The notes below the pieces were generated by a model. The model searched no databases, was not told where the DNA came from, and saw only the letters and a list, made by a program, of their open reading frames with translations. From Eledone cirrhosa (Eukaryota), in assembly GCA_964016885.1 (NCBI GenBank), contig OZ024758.1, forward strand, positions 29,884,001 through 29,948,000: 64,000 nucleotides of DNA, in the 5' to 3' direction. A program made the position numbers and the translations under genes. Positions 1 to 10,654 of the stretch are shown here, piece after piece (position 1 is the stretch's first letter; each line of letters begins with the position of its first letter).

Positions 1-62
1 TCGGCTGTCAGAGTGATTTGTGTAATAACTTCCAAGTTAATTGCAGACAATTCTTTTTACAG

Positions 63-166
63 TTGCTCCATTGCCGGAGGACATCACATTGTCTCTTGAA
101 AAATATACAACAGCTAACAATGCCAGAACAAAGCTGATTCAACCTCTTAGTTGTTTGTCAACAATT
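63..166 (+). CDS. Candidate internal exon of an unidentified host gene (VAPLPEDITLSLEKYTTANNARTKLIQPLSCLSTI)
   Basis: Acceptor ttctttttacag ending at 62, donor gtgagg at 167, open non-repetitive frame. No homology recognised. Confidence 0.4.
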
Positions 167-169
167 GTG

Positions 170-497
170 AGGGGGGGGGGTCATGGTGGTGGGTTGATGG
201 GGTTGGTGGTGACGTTGGAGGTGGTCATAGTGGTGATGTTGGAGCTGGTCGTAGTAGTGGTGATGTTGGAGGTGGTGGTAGTGGTGATGGCGGTCATGAT
301 GGTGGTGGTGGAGGTGATCATAGTAGTGGTGATGGTGGTGGTGATGTTGGAGGTGGTGGTGGTGATGGTGGTGGTGGTGGTGGCGGTGGTGGTGATGTTG
401 GAGGTGATCATAGTAGTGGTGGTGATGTTGGAGGTCGTCGTGGTGTTGGTGGTGGTGATGGTTGTGACAATGGTGGTGGTGGTGGAGATGGGGATGA
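170..497. repeat. (GGT)n/(GAT)-rich degenerate trinucleotide repeat
   Basis: Runs of ggtggt/ggtgat. They explain the poly-V, poly-G and poly-T ORFs. Confidence 0.9.
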
Positions 498-709
498 TAA
501 AGAGTTTCTTAATTAATTCTTTTCTTTTTCCGGCTGATTTTATTCATATTTCCTGTTTTTATGATTTGTTGAAGTGGTATAAGTAACTTGCTTTAACCCT
601 TTTAATACCAATCCTGCCATAACCACCCATTTCAAACAATTCCTATATAAATTTATATCTTCCAACATGATATTATATAAGAACATATTTTAAGTTATAT
701 TAGGAACGA

Positions 710-895
710 GGGCAGTGGATTGGCAGTATCGGTAGAAGGTCGGACGCCATGCTTTCCAGCATAGTTACATCCCTTTATGATCTGAGTTCAAATCCCGCCG
801 AGGTTGACTTTGCCTTTCATCCTTACGGGGTCGATAAAATAAAGTACCAGTAATGCACTGGGTAATTGCTGGCCTTGTGCCTAAAGTAGAAACAA
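710..895 (+). mobile_element. tRNA-derived SINE (family 1), full copy with 15-bp TSD
   Basis: A-box-like TGGCAGTATCGG and B-box GAGTTCAAATCC. TSD TTATATTAGGAACGA at 695-709 and 896-910. More than 10 related copies in the window. Confidence 0.9.
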
Positions 896-1304
896 TTATA
901 TTAGGAACGAAATAATTTGATTATATCCCTTAGTATTGGAGCTGTGATCTCTCAATTTGGAGAAGTAGCGGCTCTACCTGCAGTGACTCTCCAACAGGTA
1001 GGAGACCCAGGGGTAGGCACCAAGCAAGATGGTTGGATAACATCCATGAGCTAGGTTGGTGATGCTTGGGGACTCCGCCTCCACGACCCTTTCATGGATA
1101 AGTGGGTGAAGAAGAAGAAGAGTATATCCTTCAAAATTCTGCATTACTTAATTGAAAGAGAGTAGATTTTGTTATAAATACGGTAACGAAACGGTTAAGA
1201 TTTCAATAAACTGATTCTGATCTTAAACTGTCTTTTGTATGGCCCTGGTAGAAACCATACAGCCCTAGACTTCAGTGGTACACGGTATTTAATCTTGTTC
1301 TTCT

Positions 1305-1600
1305 ATGTTCAAGTCTCCATTGCCAAGGGTACAACTGTAAACCTGTCGGAGAGTGACTAGTATTTGACGAGTTTGACCTCCTCACCCCGACATGCAGCAG
1401 AACCTGGGTTAGTCACCAACTGCACCATGTTGTGGCTGCAGAAAGTGTCGGTGCAAGTGGCATCCCAGATGAGGGGTTTACCACCGTGGAACAGGAAGAT
1501 GGTCATGCCATCTGGCCTTTTGCCGTCCCCTCGGTCCAGCCCCACCGGCTCGAGCTGGGAAGGGAAGGGAAGCCTGCAGCGTCCAAGCCATGCTTTATGA
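1305..1600 (-). pseudogene. Fragment of a restriction-like endonuclease domain from a CRE-type non-LTR retrotransposon
   Basis: Translation GDGKRPDGMT...LIWDATCTDT...EEVKLVKY* matches the RPD..D..K..KY RLE motif. In-frame stop. Confidence 0.7.
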
Positions 1601-2442
1601 CCTCATTGCTTAATAACAACAATAAATAGTAAATGAATAGTCTTTATCCCAGTCTCTATTTCTTGTTTATTTGCAATGATTAAAGAAAGTGAATCTGAAT
1701 TACGTACTTATCTTTAGCCCTTCTATTGACATATTTCTGATGGAATATACTGCCTATGTATTTCAATTAATTTTGAAAATAACCAAAAATTTGATACCTG
1801 CTGGAAGGAGTGTTTGAGGACTCTGTCCCCACATGACCCTCTCAGTGGGCAAAGAAGACCAAAAATGTTTCATTAGTAAACTGAAATTTAAAACATTACT
1901 TTAAAAAATTTCTCATGTTAAACTATGATGGAAGGTTTTAATATAAGGATAAACATTTTAACATGAATAGTTTTCTATCATGAATCCAGGGTAGTTTCAC
2001 ATTATTTAGTATAAAAAAAGGTTAATTTAATATATCGCTGTTCTATAGATTTGTAGCTCTGTCAATGTCTTCACCACCACCATCACCTTCTTTCTTCTTT
2101 CTTCTTCTTAGAAGATTGTGAGGGCAGTCCTCAAACATTCCTTCCAGAGGGTCCTGTCAGAAGCAACTATCTCCAAATGATCTGACTGGATCCCCAAGCA
2201 AGACCAGCCAAGCTCACGGATATTATCCAACCATCTTGCTCGGGACCAACTCCTGGGTCTTCTACCAGTTGGTTTTGCTCATAAAATATGTCCCGTGATT
2301 CTTTCATAAGACATTCTAACCACATGCCCATAGTATCAGAACTGTGATCTCATAATTCTGAGAAGTAGTGGCTTTACCTGAAACTGTTTTAATGGTATAG
2401 GCGTTAATGAGTGGGAGGGGAATGGGATAGAGTTAGACAAGA

Positions 2443-2657
2443 CAAAAAATAATTTGATGATAAGGGGTGAAAGTTATTTCTTTGAGGGCAATAATGGCTT
2501 TTTGTGGCTAGGTGGTATCATCATCATCATCATCGTTTAATGTCCATTTTTCCATGCTGCTGCTGCTGATGATGATGATGATACCAGCTAGCCATAAAAA
2601 GCCATTATAATCTTCAAAGAAATCCCTTTCACCCCTAATCATCAAATTATATTTTTG
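2443..2657. repeat. Imperfect fold-back inverted repeat around an (ATC)n/LINE-tail/(GAT)n core
   Basis: aatttgatgataaggggtgaaag...ggctaggtggtatc is mirrored by gataccagctagcc...ctttcacccctaatcatcaaatt. Confidence 0.8.
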
Positions 2658-2759
2658 ACAAATGCCAAGCAATAGAATACATTTTGTTTCCAGCTGAATT
2701 TACTGTTGTGATGAAGAAGAAATAAGAATGTCTTGACACCATATTAATTCTCTCCTTAA

Positions 2760-3863
2760 CCCTTTTGCATTTGCATAACATTTACATTATTCTATATATA
2801 CTATTGTATTGTCACAGTAAAGGCTTTACCTTACATAATATCTCACATAACATTAACATTACTCTATATATACTATTGTATTGTCACAGTAAAGGCTTTA
2901 CCTTACATAATATCTCACATAACATTAACATTACTCTATATATACTATTGTATTGTCACAGTAAAGGCTTTACCTTACATAATATCTCACATAACATTTA
3001 CATTACTCTATATATACTATTGTATTGTCACAGTAAAGGCTTTACCTTACATAATATCTCACATAACATTTACATTACTCTATATATACTATTGTATTGT
3101 CACAGTAAAGGCTTTACCTTACATAATATCTCACATAACATTAACATTACTCTATATATACTATTGTATTGTCACAGTAAAGGCTTTACCTTACATAATA
3201 TCTCACATAACATTAACATTACTCTATATATACTATTGTATTGTCACAGTAAAGGCTTTACCTTACATAATATCTCACATAACATTTACATTACTCTATA
3301 TATACTATTGTATTGTCACAGTAAAGGCTTTACCTTACATAATATCTCACATAACATTAACATTACTCTATATATACTATTGTATTGTCACAGTAAAGGC
3401 TTTACCTTACATAATATCTCACATAACATTTACATTACTCTATATATACTATTGTATTGTCACAGTAAAGGCTTTACCTCACATATTTATCTCACATAAC
3501 ATTTACATTACTCTATATATACTATTGTATTGTCACAGTAAAGGCTTTACCTCACATATTTATCTCACATAACATTTACATTACTCTATATATACTATTG
3601 TATTGTCACAGTAAAGGCTTTACCTTACATAATATCTCACTTAACATTTACATTACTCTATATATACTATTGTATTGTCACAGTAAAGGCTTTACCTCAC
3701 ATAATATCTCACATAACATTTACATTACTCTATATATACTATTGTATTGTCACAGTAAAGGCTTTACCTTACATAATATCTCACATAACATTTACATTAC
3801 TCTATATATACTATTGTATTGTCACAGTAAAGGCTTTACCTCACATAATATCTCACATAACAT
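2760..3863 (+). repeat. 72-bp tandem array (about 15 units) starting at a TTAA|CCCTT piggyBac-like left terminus
   Basis: Unit ACTCTATATATACTATTGTATTGTCACAGTAAAGGCTTTACCTTACATAATATCTCACATAACATTTACATT (period 72). TTAA at 2756-2759. Confidence 0.95.
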
Positions 3864-4074
3864 CTCGTATACGAGAGACGTGTGTTGACGTGTGTGAACA
3901 AGCTCGGCTACCGAGTCGGATTTACTTACTCAAAAAGTGAGTTTTGATTAATTTTGTTATACTGTAATATACGTTAACCCCTTGCCTTGGTCGTCAAACT
4001 TTGAGTTTATTTATTTTCGCCCCTTTTTGGGGCGAATTTTCCAGTTAAAAATTTATTACGGCAAACTAATAGAA

Positions 4075-5816
4075 ATGGACGGAATTTTCACATCTCATCC
4101 TAACGTGAAAGCCACGCCCCCTAAGAAAGGTGATACAGAGAAGCTAGAAGCACAAGGCTCTAAGTCTTCCCTCCTCACTTCTGCAAAAGAAACATGGAAC
4201 ACGGAATTAAAAGAAAAATTTGTAGAAATGGGTGAAAACCCAGAAAGTCACATAAACGCAGACAAAAACATCAATGACAATAACAGCAATAGTCACAACA
4301 CCAACCAAGGAAAAAATAACGATAACACCAAACAAAGTGAACCCACTACTGGTACCTCCTTTGCACAGGCGGTCCGGAAAACACAAACCTGCAAGCAACT
4401 GGACATTACAACTCTGAGAGAAAAGATGAAGGAAGCGAAACAGTATGTAACTTTCAAAGAAGGAGGAGACTTCACAATCACCTCCCCACAAGAAATCAAA
4501 AGAGACACGACGCTAAGAACGATATCTTTCAGAACAATTTCCAACATAACAAGGAAACCAACTCAATTATCCCAAAAAGAGATTGAGCTGGTCCTAAAAA
4601 ATGTGTGGAGTGATATATCGTTCATACAAAAAGGGCCACTCTATGGGAATATAACGGTCCTAATGAAGGATCAATTGACGGCCAGGAAATACTCTGTGGC
4701 ACCAATTGTTTCCAAGATATATACATTTTTCCCCACATATTTAGGGAAAAGAACGCAGAAGATAAGGGTCTCCGGAATCCGGCCAAATGCATGCATTTCC
4801 TGGGTACTAACAGGATTTTTAGAAGACGAGGACGGAATCCTCTCAGTAGGAGAAGTCACCACAGACGTTTTCGGCGGTTTGAGCGTGGAGGTTCTGGTCC
4901 AAATGAGACCAGAACGAATCGCTAGAATACCACAGAGGGTGTCCCTCGATGGAGAAACATTTATATATATTTCAGCCGAGGGTAGGAGGCCCATATGTTA
5001 CTACTGTTCAAGCAGGGGTCATCTAAGGGCTGCTTGTCCTCAATTGACAAAAAAAAGGCTCTTTTGCCTACACCCCACACACCACCACCGCCACCACCAC
5101 CACCACCACCACCTCCACCACCACCACCACAACAACAACAAAAACAACAGGGAAAAATAACACAAGACACGGCCCCACCCAAAACAACTCCCAAAACACA
5201 CACAAATACAACAAAACCCCAAAATACACCACTACCCGACAGCACGGACGAGGACCCAGCGGAAACGGCACCTAGTGACGAAGAGGGGGAACCCTTTCAA
5301 CCTGTAAAAAGGAAAAAAAGAAAGCACCACTCGAACATAAACGAAACAAACACACAACCACCAACAAAAACAAAACAAACAGAACAAACAAAATCCGCCC
5401 CACCCCAAAACATAACACATACAACAAAACGTAAGCACACACAAGAACAACAAACAAACACAACACAAATAAAACAGTATACATACATTAACACAAATAA
5501 CAAAGAACTAGTAAAAACAATACACAAAGACCCTTTGGTGGAAACTGAAGGGCAATTCTTTGCAAGCGCGGCCAACAAACCGCATTTAAAAATGATAAGA
5601 CTCCCAATGGACACCTATGCAAAACTAAGAGAGAACTTTCCTGAGGACGTGGGGAAAACATGTACTCGACCCTATAACCGCGTCCTCTTGAAACGTTTCC
5701 CCACCCACACCTCACCAAACACCCCCACTCCACCACAGAACAACACCCCACCAAACAACCCCTCCAATACGCCCATGGATATTGTGCAACCTGCTCCTCA
5801 GGAGCCGAACAGGTAG
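4075..5816 (+). pseudogene. Tx1 ORF1, copy 1, frameshifted in an A-run
   Basis: Same as ORF1 of copy 2 except A8 (5049-5056) versus A9, which splits it into two ORFs. Could be a homopolymer sequencing error. Confidence 0.8.
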
Positions 5817-5837
5817 GTCCTTCCTCTTTTAACCAAC

Positions 5838-8800
5838 ATGGCTGATATAAGAGTTGGGTTTCTGAATGTACGTGGCCTGGGACTGTCTTGGAAACAAGGC
5901 AAACTTTTAAACGATCTCAGGTCACATAGAATGGATGTAATGGCTATTTGCGAGTCCAGGATCAGCAGCGAGCACCAACTGGCGCCCCTCTTCGACGACT
6001 TTGAGATCTTCGCATCTCTCTGTCAACCGGGGGGTGGGGGTGGAGTTGTCGTTCTGCTGCGAAAACACCTGGGCCTCGCCATACAGAAGGTGCACCTGGA
6101 CCCGGAGGGTCGACTGGTGGTTTTAGACGTCGGCAGTAGTGAAAGTGGAGCCCTTAGACTAATAGCTGTGTACGCCCCTTTTTGGGCAGCGCGGCCGGAA
6201 TACTTCCAACGTCTGGAAACTTTTCTGGGAACGTCCCGCTCCTTGCTTTTAGTGGGGGACTGGAATGGTATCCTGGATGCACGTTGGGACTATGTAGGGG
6301 CATGTGCCAATAGAGGGGGGTGTAAAAGCCTCAAAAGGTTAATCGGCCGATTTGACCTGGCCGATAGATATCGACTAGATTTTCCGACTGTACCACTATG
6401 GACGTGGACCAATCGCAGTGGAACATCTAGGTCGTACCTAGATAGGGTCCTAGTTAGAGAGAACGATAGGGACACATTTAGCTGTCCAAAAATGTTCATG
6501 GTTGACTATTCGGATCACAAGTTAGTGACCTGCATAGCCAACCTTGATAGAACCCATAGACAGGGACCCGGTTACTGGAAGCTGAACTTGTCCTTACCGA
6601 GAAGCAAAGCTTACAGTAAACGGATTAGCACGTTAGTTAAGCAGAATTTGACAGGGGCAATTGTCAACAACAGGTGGTGGAGCTCTCTTAAGAGAGCAAT
6701 TAGAATAGAATCGATAGGTTTTAGTCAGGAATTAGCAAGGGATAGGAACAAGACGGAAAGGGAATTAGTAGATAGAGTAGAAGAGGCGATTAGGAGTGGC
6801 AATGTAGCCGGCGTGCTGGCATCAAGAATGGCCTTAGACCAGTTCTTTGAGGTGAAGCATGAAGGCTGCGTTGTCAGGAGTAAAATACGTGCTCTGGGTA
6901 ATGAGGGAGCCAAAGCTGTAAGCTGGGCCCGAGTGACAGAGGCAAAAAGTGGGAACAAGTCCACGATTCGGTCTTTGAAGGACCAGGATGGGCGTGTGAT
7001 CCTTGAACCTGGGCAGATGTGTGCGGCCTTTCAGCGGCACTTTGCACGACTGTTCGAGAGGGGCGGCGCGCCGGGTGAGACTATGGATTTCAATCCATAC
7101 CTCGACGGTCTGCCGCGCCTCTCGGACGCGGAGGCGAAGTCCTGCGAAAGGACGATTTCAGCTGCTGAGATAGGGGCGGCGCTGAGCCAATGCGGCAAAC
7201 GCAAATCCCCGGGTCTCGATGGTCTACCATACGAGCTATATGTAGCGATGCCGGACTTGTTCTCCGATATCCTCGAAGCGGTCTACTGCAACTGGCAGCA
7301 GAACGGGAGAATTCCCAGTTCTGTGACCAAGGGCGTAGTTACGCTGGTGAGGAAGGATGAGAACAAGGGGGATGACATAAGTAACTTCAGGCCCATAACT
7401 CTGCTAAATACAGAGTTAAAGATTTTGGCCAAGGTGTTAGCGAAGAGGTTGGCGCTTGTCGTTGGAAACCTGGTGGGAGAAGCGCAGACATGCGCAATCC
7501 CGTCCAGGTCCATTCACGACAATCTCCACCTTATGCGATACATCATAGAGAGGGTAGGGAATGAACCCGGCTTTGGTGGGGCCCTGATCAACTTGGATCA
7601 ATCTAAAGCTTTCGATAGGGTTGACCATCGTTACCTGGATGCGGTGCTCGCGGCGGCAGGCTTCGGACCCGTTTTCAGGGGTTGGATTGCTGCGATGCAC
7701 AGCAGCAACGTCTGCTCAAGGGTCAAGGTGAACGGCCACCTCTCGGAGCCGTTCCAAATCATGCGATCCATCCGACAGGGATGCCCTCTCTCCTCCCTAC
7801 TGTATGTGCTGGCTCTTGAGCCACTACTGCGGAAGTTGGAGCGGTTGCAGGGCATCCCTTTGGAACCGGGATTGCAGAAAGCGGCGTCGGCCTACGCCGA
7901 TGACGTGACAGTAATGGTGTCGAAAACCTCGCAAATCGGTGAGATCGGCACCTTACTGGAGGAATATGAAAGGTTTACAGGAGCCAAGCTGAACCGGGAC
8001 AAGTCCGTCGGTTTGCAACTCGGAACATGGAGAGGCAAACCGATGCCCTCCAACGACGTCGTCGGACGCTGGACGGAGGGCCCGGTGAAGCTGCTTGGGG
8101 TCTGGTTCGGACCAGACCTCCAGGTGGAGAAAAACTGGAACGAGGTAACGGCCAGGGTGTTTGCACTCACCCAGAAGTGGGCCCAGTGCAAACTATCCCT
8201 GAAAGGTCGAGCGGAGGTGGCGAATACTTATATAGCATCCGTCATCTACTACCGCTTGACCGTCGTGCCTTGCCCAGTGAAAAGACTCGCCAAAATGGAG
8301 TGCGCGCTGTTCCAATTTCTTTGGAACAAGCGGACCCCTTTGGTGAGGAGATCCATCTGCTGTCAACACCCTTCGAAAGGAGGGCTGGGGATGCCGTGGC
8401 TACAGATGCGTAAACACGCATTAAGGCTACGGCACCTCCAGGTATTCCTCACCGGTCAACCGGTGTGGGCCCCGTTTGTGAGGCGAGCCTTTCCCAGACT
8501 CGTCTCGCTCACCGAGCTGCAATCCTGGGTCAAGCAAAGACCGAGAAAAGTGGGCGACTGGCACATTGAATGTGCCCAGGCGCTCACGGCCCTCTGGAAA
8601 GCGGACCCGGCAATCAGTGGAGACTCCACCTCGACATTCTATAGAGGGTTGGTACGCAGCAGGTGCGACGATGCTCTCGGAGAAGCTCTAGGCATGGAGG
8701 AAGATGAACTGGCCAGTCTGTTCGGTAGGACGTTTGGCCCTGGACCGATGGACAACTTCCAAAAGTCCCTGGCTTGGCAGTGCTACCGAGGGGCTCTACC

Positions 8801-9275
8801 CGTTCGAGACAAGCTCCACAGGCATGGGAGCCTGGGTAGAGATCCTTTGAATAAGATCTGTCCGAGATGCGTGCATGATGACGAAACCGTTGCGCACGCA
8901 TTCGTACACTGCCCAGGCATTGCTGACCTGTGGGGCTATGTGGAACGACTACTGTCGAGGGTGGGACCAATCCGGTTGACCACCGAGTCCATTGTCACGA
9001 TCAAACCGCCTCCCCCTTTCAAAAACGAAGGAGAGGCGGTTTTTCTCTGTGTGGTAGCCATGGCTAAAGAAGTTGTATGGTGGACGAGGCTGAAAGGGCT
9101 GAGGTCAGACACCTTTCTCTCCGGCCAACAACTGGTCCCCTTTTTCAAATACCATTTTAAAAGAAGGATCAGAATGGAGAGAGAGGTGCTCTACCCCAGC
9201 AAGTTTTATGAAAGGTGGGTGAAAGTAGGGAGAATGGCCAGAGTGAATGGGTCTTCTCTCTATATCAGCCTGTAG
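5838..9275 (+). CDS. Tx1 ORF2: AP endonuclease, reverse transcriptase and C-terminal zinc finger (1145 aa)
   Basis: APE motifs LNVRGL, VYAP, GDWN, YLDR, SDH. GYWKLN linker. RT motifs SPGLDG, FRPITLLN, DQSKAFD, QGCPLS, YADD. C-terminal CPRC..ETVAHAFVHC. Confidence 0.96.
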   Translation: MADIRVGFLNVRGLGLSWKQGKLLNDLRSHRMDVMAICESRISSEHQLAPLFDDFEIFASLCQPGGGGGVVVLLRKHLGLAIQKVHLDPEGRLVVLDVGSSESGALRLIAVYAPFWAARPEYFQRLETFLGTSRSLLLVGDWNGILDARWDYVGACANRGGCKSLKRLIGRFDLADRYRLDFPTVPLWTWTNRSGTSRSYLDRVLVRENDRDTFSCPKMFMVDYSDHKLVTCIANLDRTHRQGPGYWKLNLSLPRSKAYSKRISTLVKQNLTGAIVNNRWWSSLKRAIRIESIGFSQELARDRNKTERELVDRVEEAIRSGNVAGVLASRMALDQFFEVKHEGCVVRSKIRALGNEGAKAVSWARVTEAKSGNKSTIRSLKDQDGRVILEPGQMCAAFQRHFARLFERGGAPGETMDFNPYLDGLPRLSDAEAKSCERTISAAEIGAALSQCGKRKSPGLDGLPYELYVAMPDLFSDILEAVYCNWQQNGRIPSSVTKGVVTLVRKDENKGDDISNFRPITLLNTELKILAKVLAKRLALVVGNLVGEAQTCAIPSRSIHDNLHLMRYIIERVGNEPGFGGALINLDQSKAFDRVDHRYLDAVLAAAGFGPVFRGWIAAMHSSNVCSRVKVNGHLSEPFQIMRSIRQGCPLSSLLYVLALEPLLRKLERLQGIPLEPGLQKAASAYADDVTVMVSKTSQIGEIGTLLEEYERFTGAKLNRDKSVGLQLGTWRGKPMPSNDVVGRWTEGPVKLLGVWFGPDLQVEKNWNEVTARVFALTQKWAQCKLSLKGRAEVANTYIASVIYYRLTVVPCPVKRLAKMECALFQFLWNKRTPLVRRSICCQHPSKGGLGMPWLQMRKHALRLRHLQVFLTGQPVWAPFVRRAFPRLVSLTELQSWVKQRPRKVGDWHIECAQALTALWKADPAISGDSTSTFYRGLVRSRCDDALGEALGMEEDELASLFGRTFGPGPMDNFQKSLAWQCYRGALPVRDKLHRHGSLGRDPLNKICPRCVHDDETVAHAFVHCPGIADLWGYVERLLSRVGPIRLTTESIVTIKPPPPFKNEGEAVFLCVVAMAKEVVWWTRLKGLRSDTFLSGQQLVPFFKYHFKRRIRMEREVLYPSKFYERWVKVGRMARVNGSSLYISL

Positions 9276-9512
9276 GTGAAAGAAGAGGAAAAAGCGGAGA
9301 CGAGGGAAGCACCTACTCTTTGTGCTCCTGAGGAGAAGGGTTACACATTTTTTCCGGGGTGTGTGCGACCCATGTTAATGCCCCCTCCCTATTGAGGACT
9401 TCGTTTGTTGTTGTTATTTCATTGTTATATTTTTGTACTCGTTAATTATATGTAAACTTCCCCCCTTGTATCTGTCCCTACCTTTTGTGCCCTAGTGGCA
9501 AATAAAGAAACC

Positions 9513-10443
9513 ACTCTATATATACTATTGTATTGTCACAGTAAAGGCTTTACCTTACATAATATCTCACATAACATTTACATTACTCTATATATACTAT
9601 TGTATTGTCACAGTAAAGGCTTTACCTTACATAATATCTCACATAACATTTACATTACTCTATATATACTATTGTATTGTCACAGTAAAGGCTTTACCTT
9701 ACATAATATCTCACATAACATTAACATTACTCTATATATACTATTGTATTGTCACAGTAAAGGCTTTACCTTACATAATATCTCACATAACATTAACATT
9801 ACTCTATATATACTATTGTATTGTCACAGTAAAGGCTTTACCTTACATAATATCTCACATAACATTTACATTACTCTATATATACTATTGTATTGTCACA
9901 GTAAAGGCTTTACCTTACATAATATCTCACATAACATTAACATTACTCTATATATACTATTGTATTGTCACAGTAAAGGCTTTACCTTACATAATATCTC
10001 ACATAACATTTACATTACTCTATATATACTATTGTATTGTCACAGTAAAGGCTTTACCTCACATATTTATCTCACATAACATTTACATTACTCTATATAT
10101 ACTATTGTATTGTCACAGTAAAGGCTTTACCTCACATATTTATCTCACATAACATTTACATTACTCTATATATACTATTGTATTGTCACAGTAAAGGCTT
10201 TACCTTACATAATATCTCACTTAACATTTACATTACTCTATATATACTATTGTATTGTCACAGTAAAGGCTTTACCTCACATAATATCTCACATAACATT
10301 TACATTACTCTATATATACTATTGTATTGTCACAGTAAAGGCTTTACCTTACATAATATCTCACATAACATTTACATTACTCTATATATACTATTGTATT
10401 GTCACAGTAAAGGCTTTACCTCACATAATATCTCACATAACAT
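9513..10443 (+). repeat. 72-bp tandem array (13 units) between the two Tx1 copies
   Basis: Same unit. The order of variant units matches 2933-3863 (offset 6580). Confidence 0.95.
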
Positions 10444-10654
10444 CTCGTATACGAGAGACGTGTGTTGACGTGTGTGAACAAGCTCGGCTACCGAGTCGGA
10501 TTTACTTACTCAAAAAGTGAGTTTTGATTAATTTTGTTATACTGTAATATACGTTAACCCCTTGCCTTGGTCGTCAAACTTTGAGTTTATTTATTTTCGC
10601 CCCTTTTTGGGGCGAATTTTCCAGTTAAAAATTTATTACGGCAAACTAATAGAA

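Larger units (their letters stand above)
3864..9512 (+). mobile_element. Tx1-clade (L1 group) non-LTR retrotransposon, copy 1, apparently full length (5.65 kb)
   Basis: 5'UTR, ORF1, ORF2, and a 3'UTR ending AATAAAGAAACC. Flanked on both sides by the 72-bp array. Confidence 0.93.

Noticed and set aside
41-586. Val-rich and Gly-rich ORFs
   Set aside because: (GGT)n repeat downstream of a likely splice donor at 167.
593-2025. Other TTAA-CC...GG-TTAA bounded segments (about 593-1198 and 1713-2024)
   Set aside because: Possibly older TTAA MITEs, but the TIRs are too short and interrupted to call.
2760-3863. CRISPR-like array next to an RT gene
   Set aside because: Units are contiguous near-identical repeats with no unique spacers, there are no cas genes, and the context is eukaryotic.
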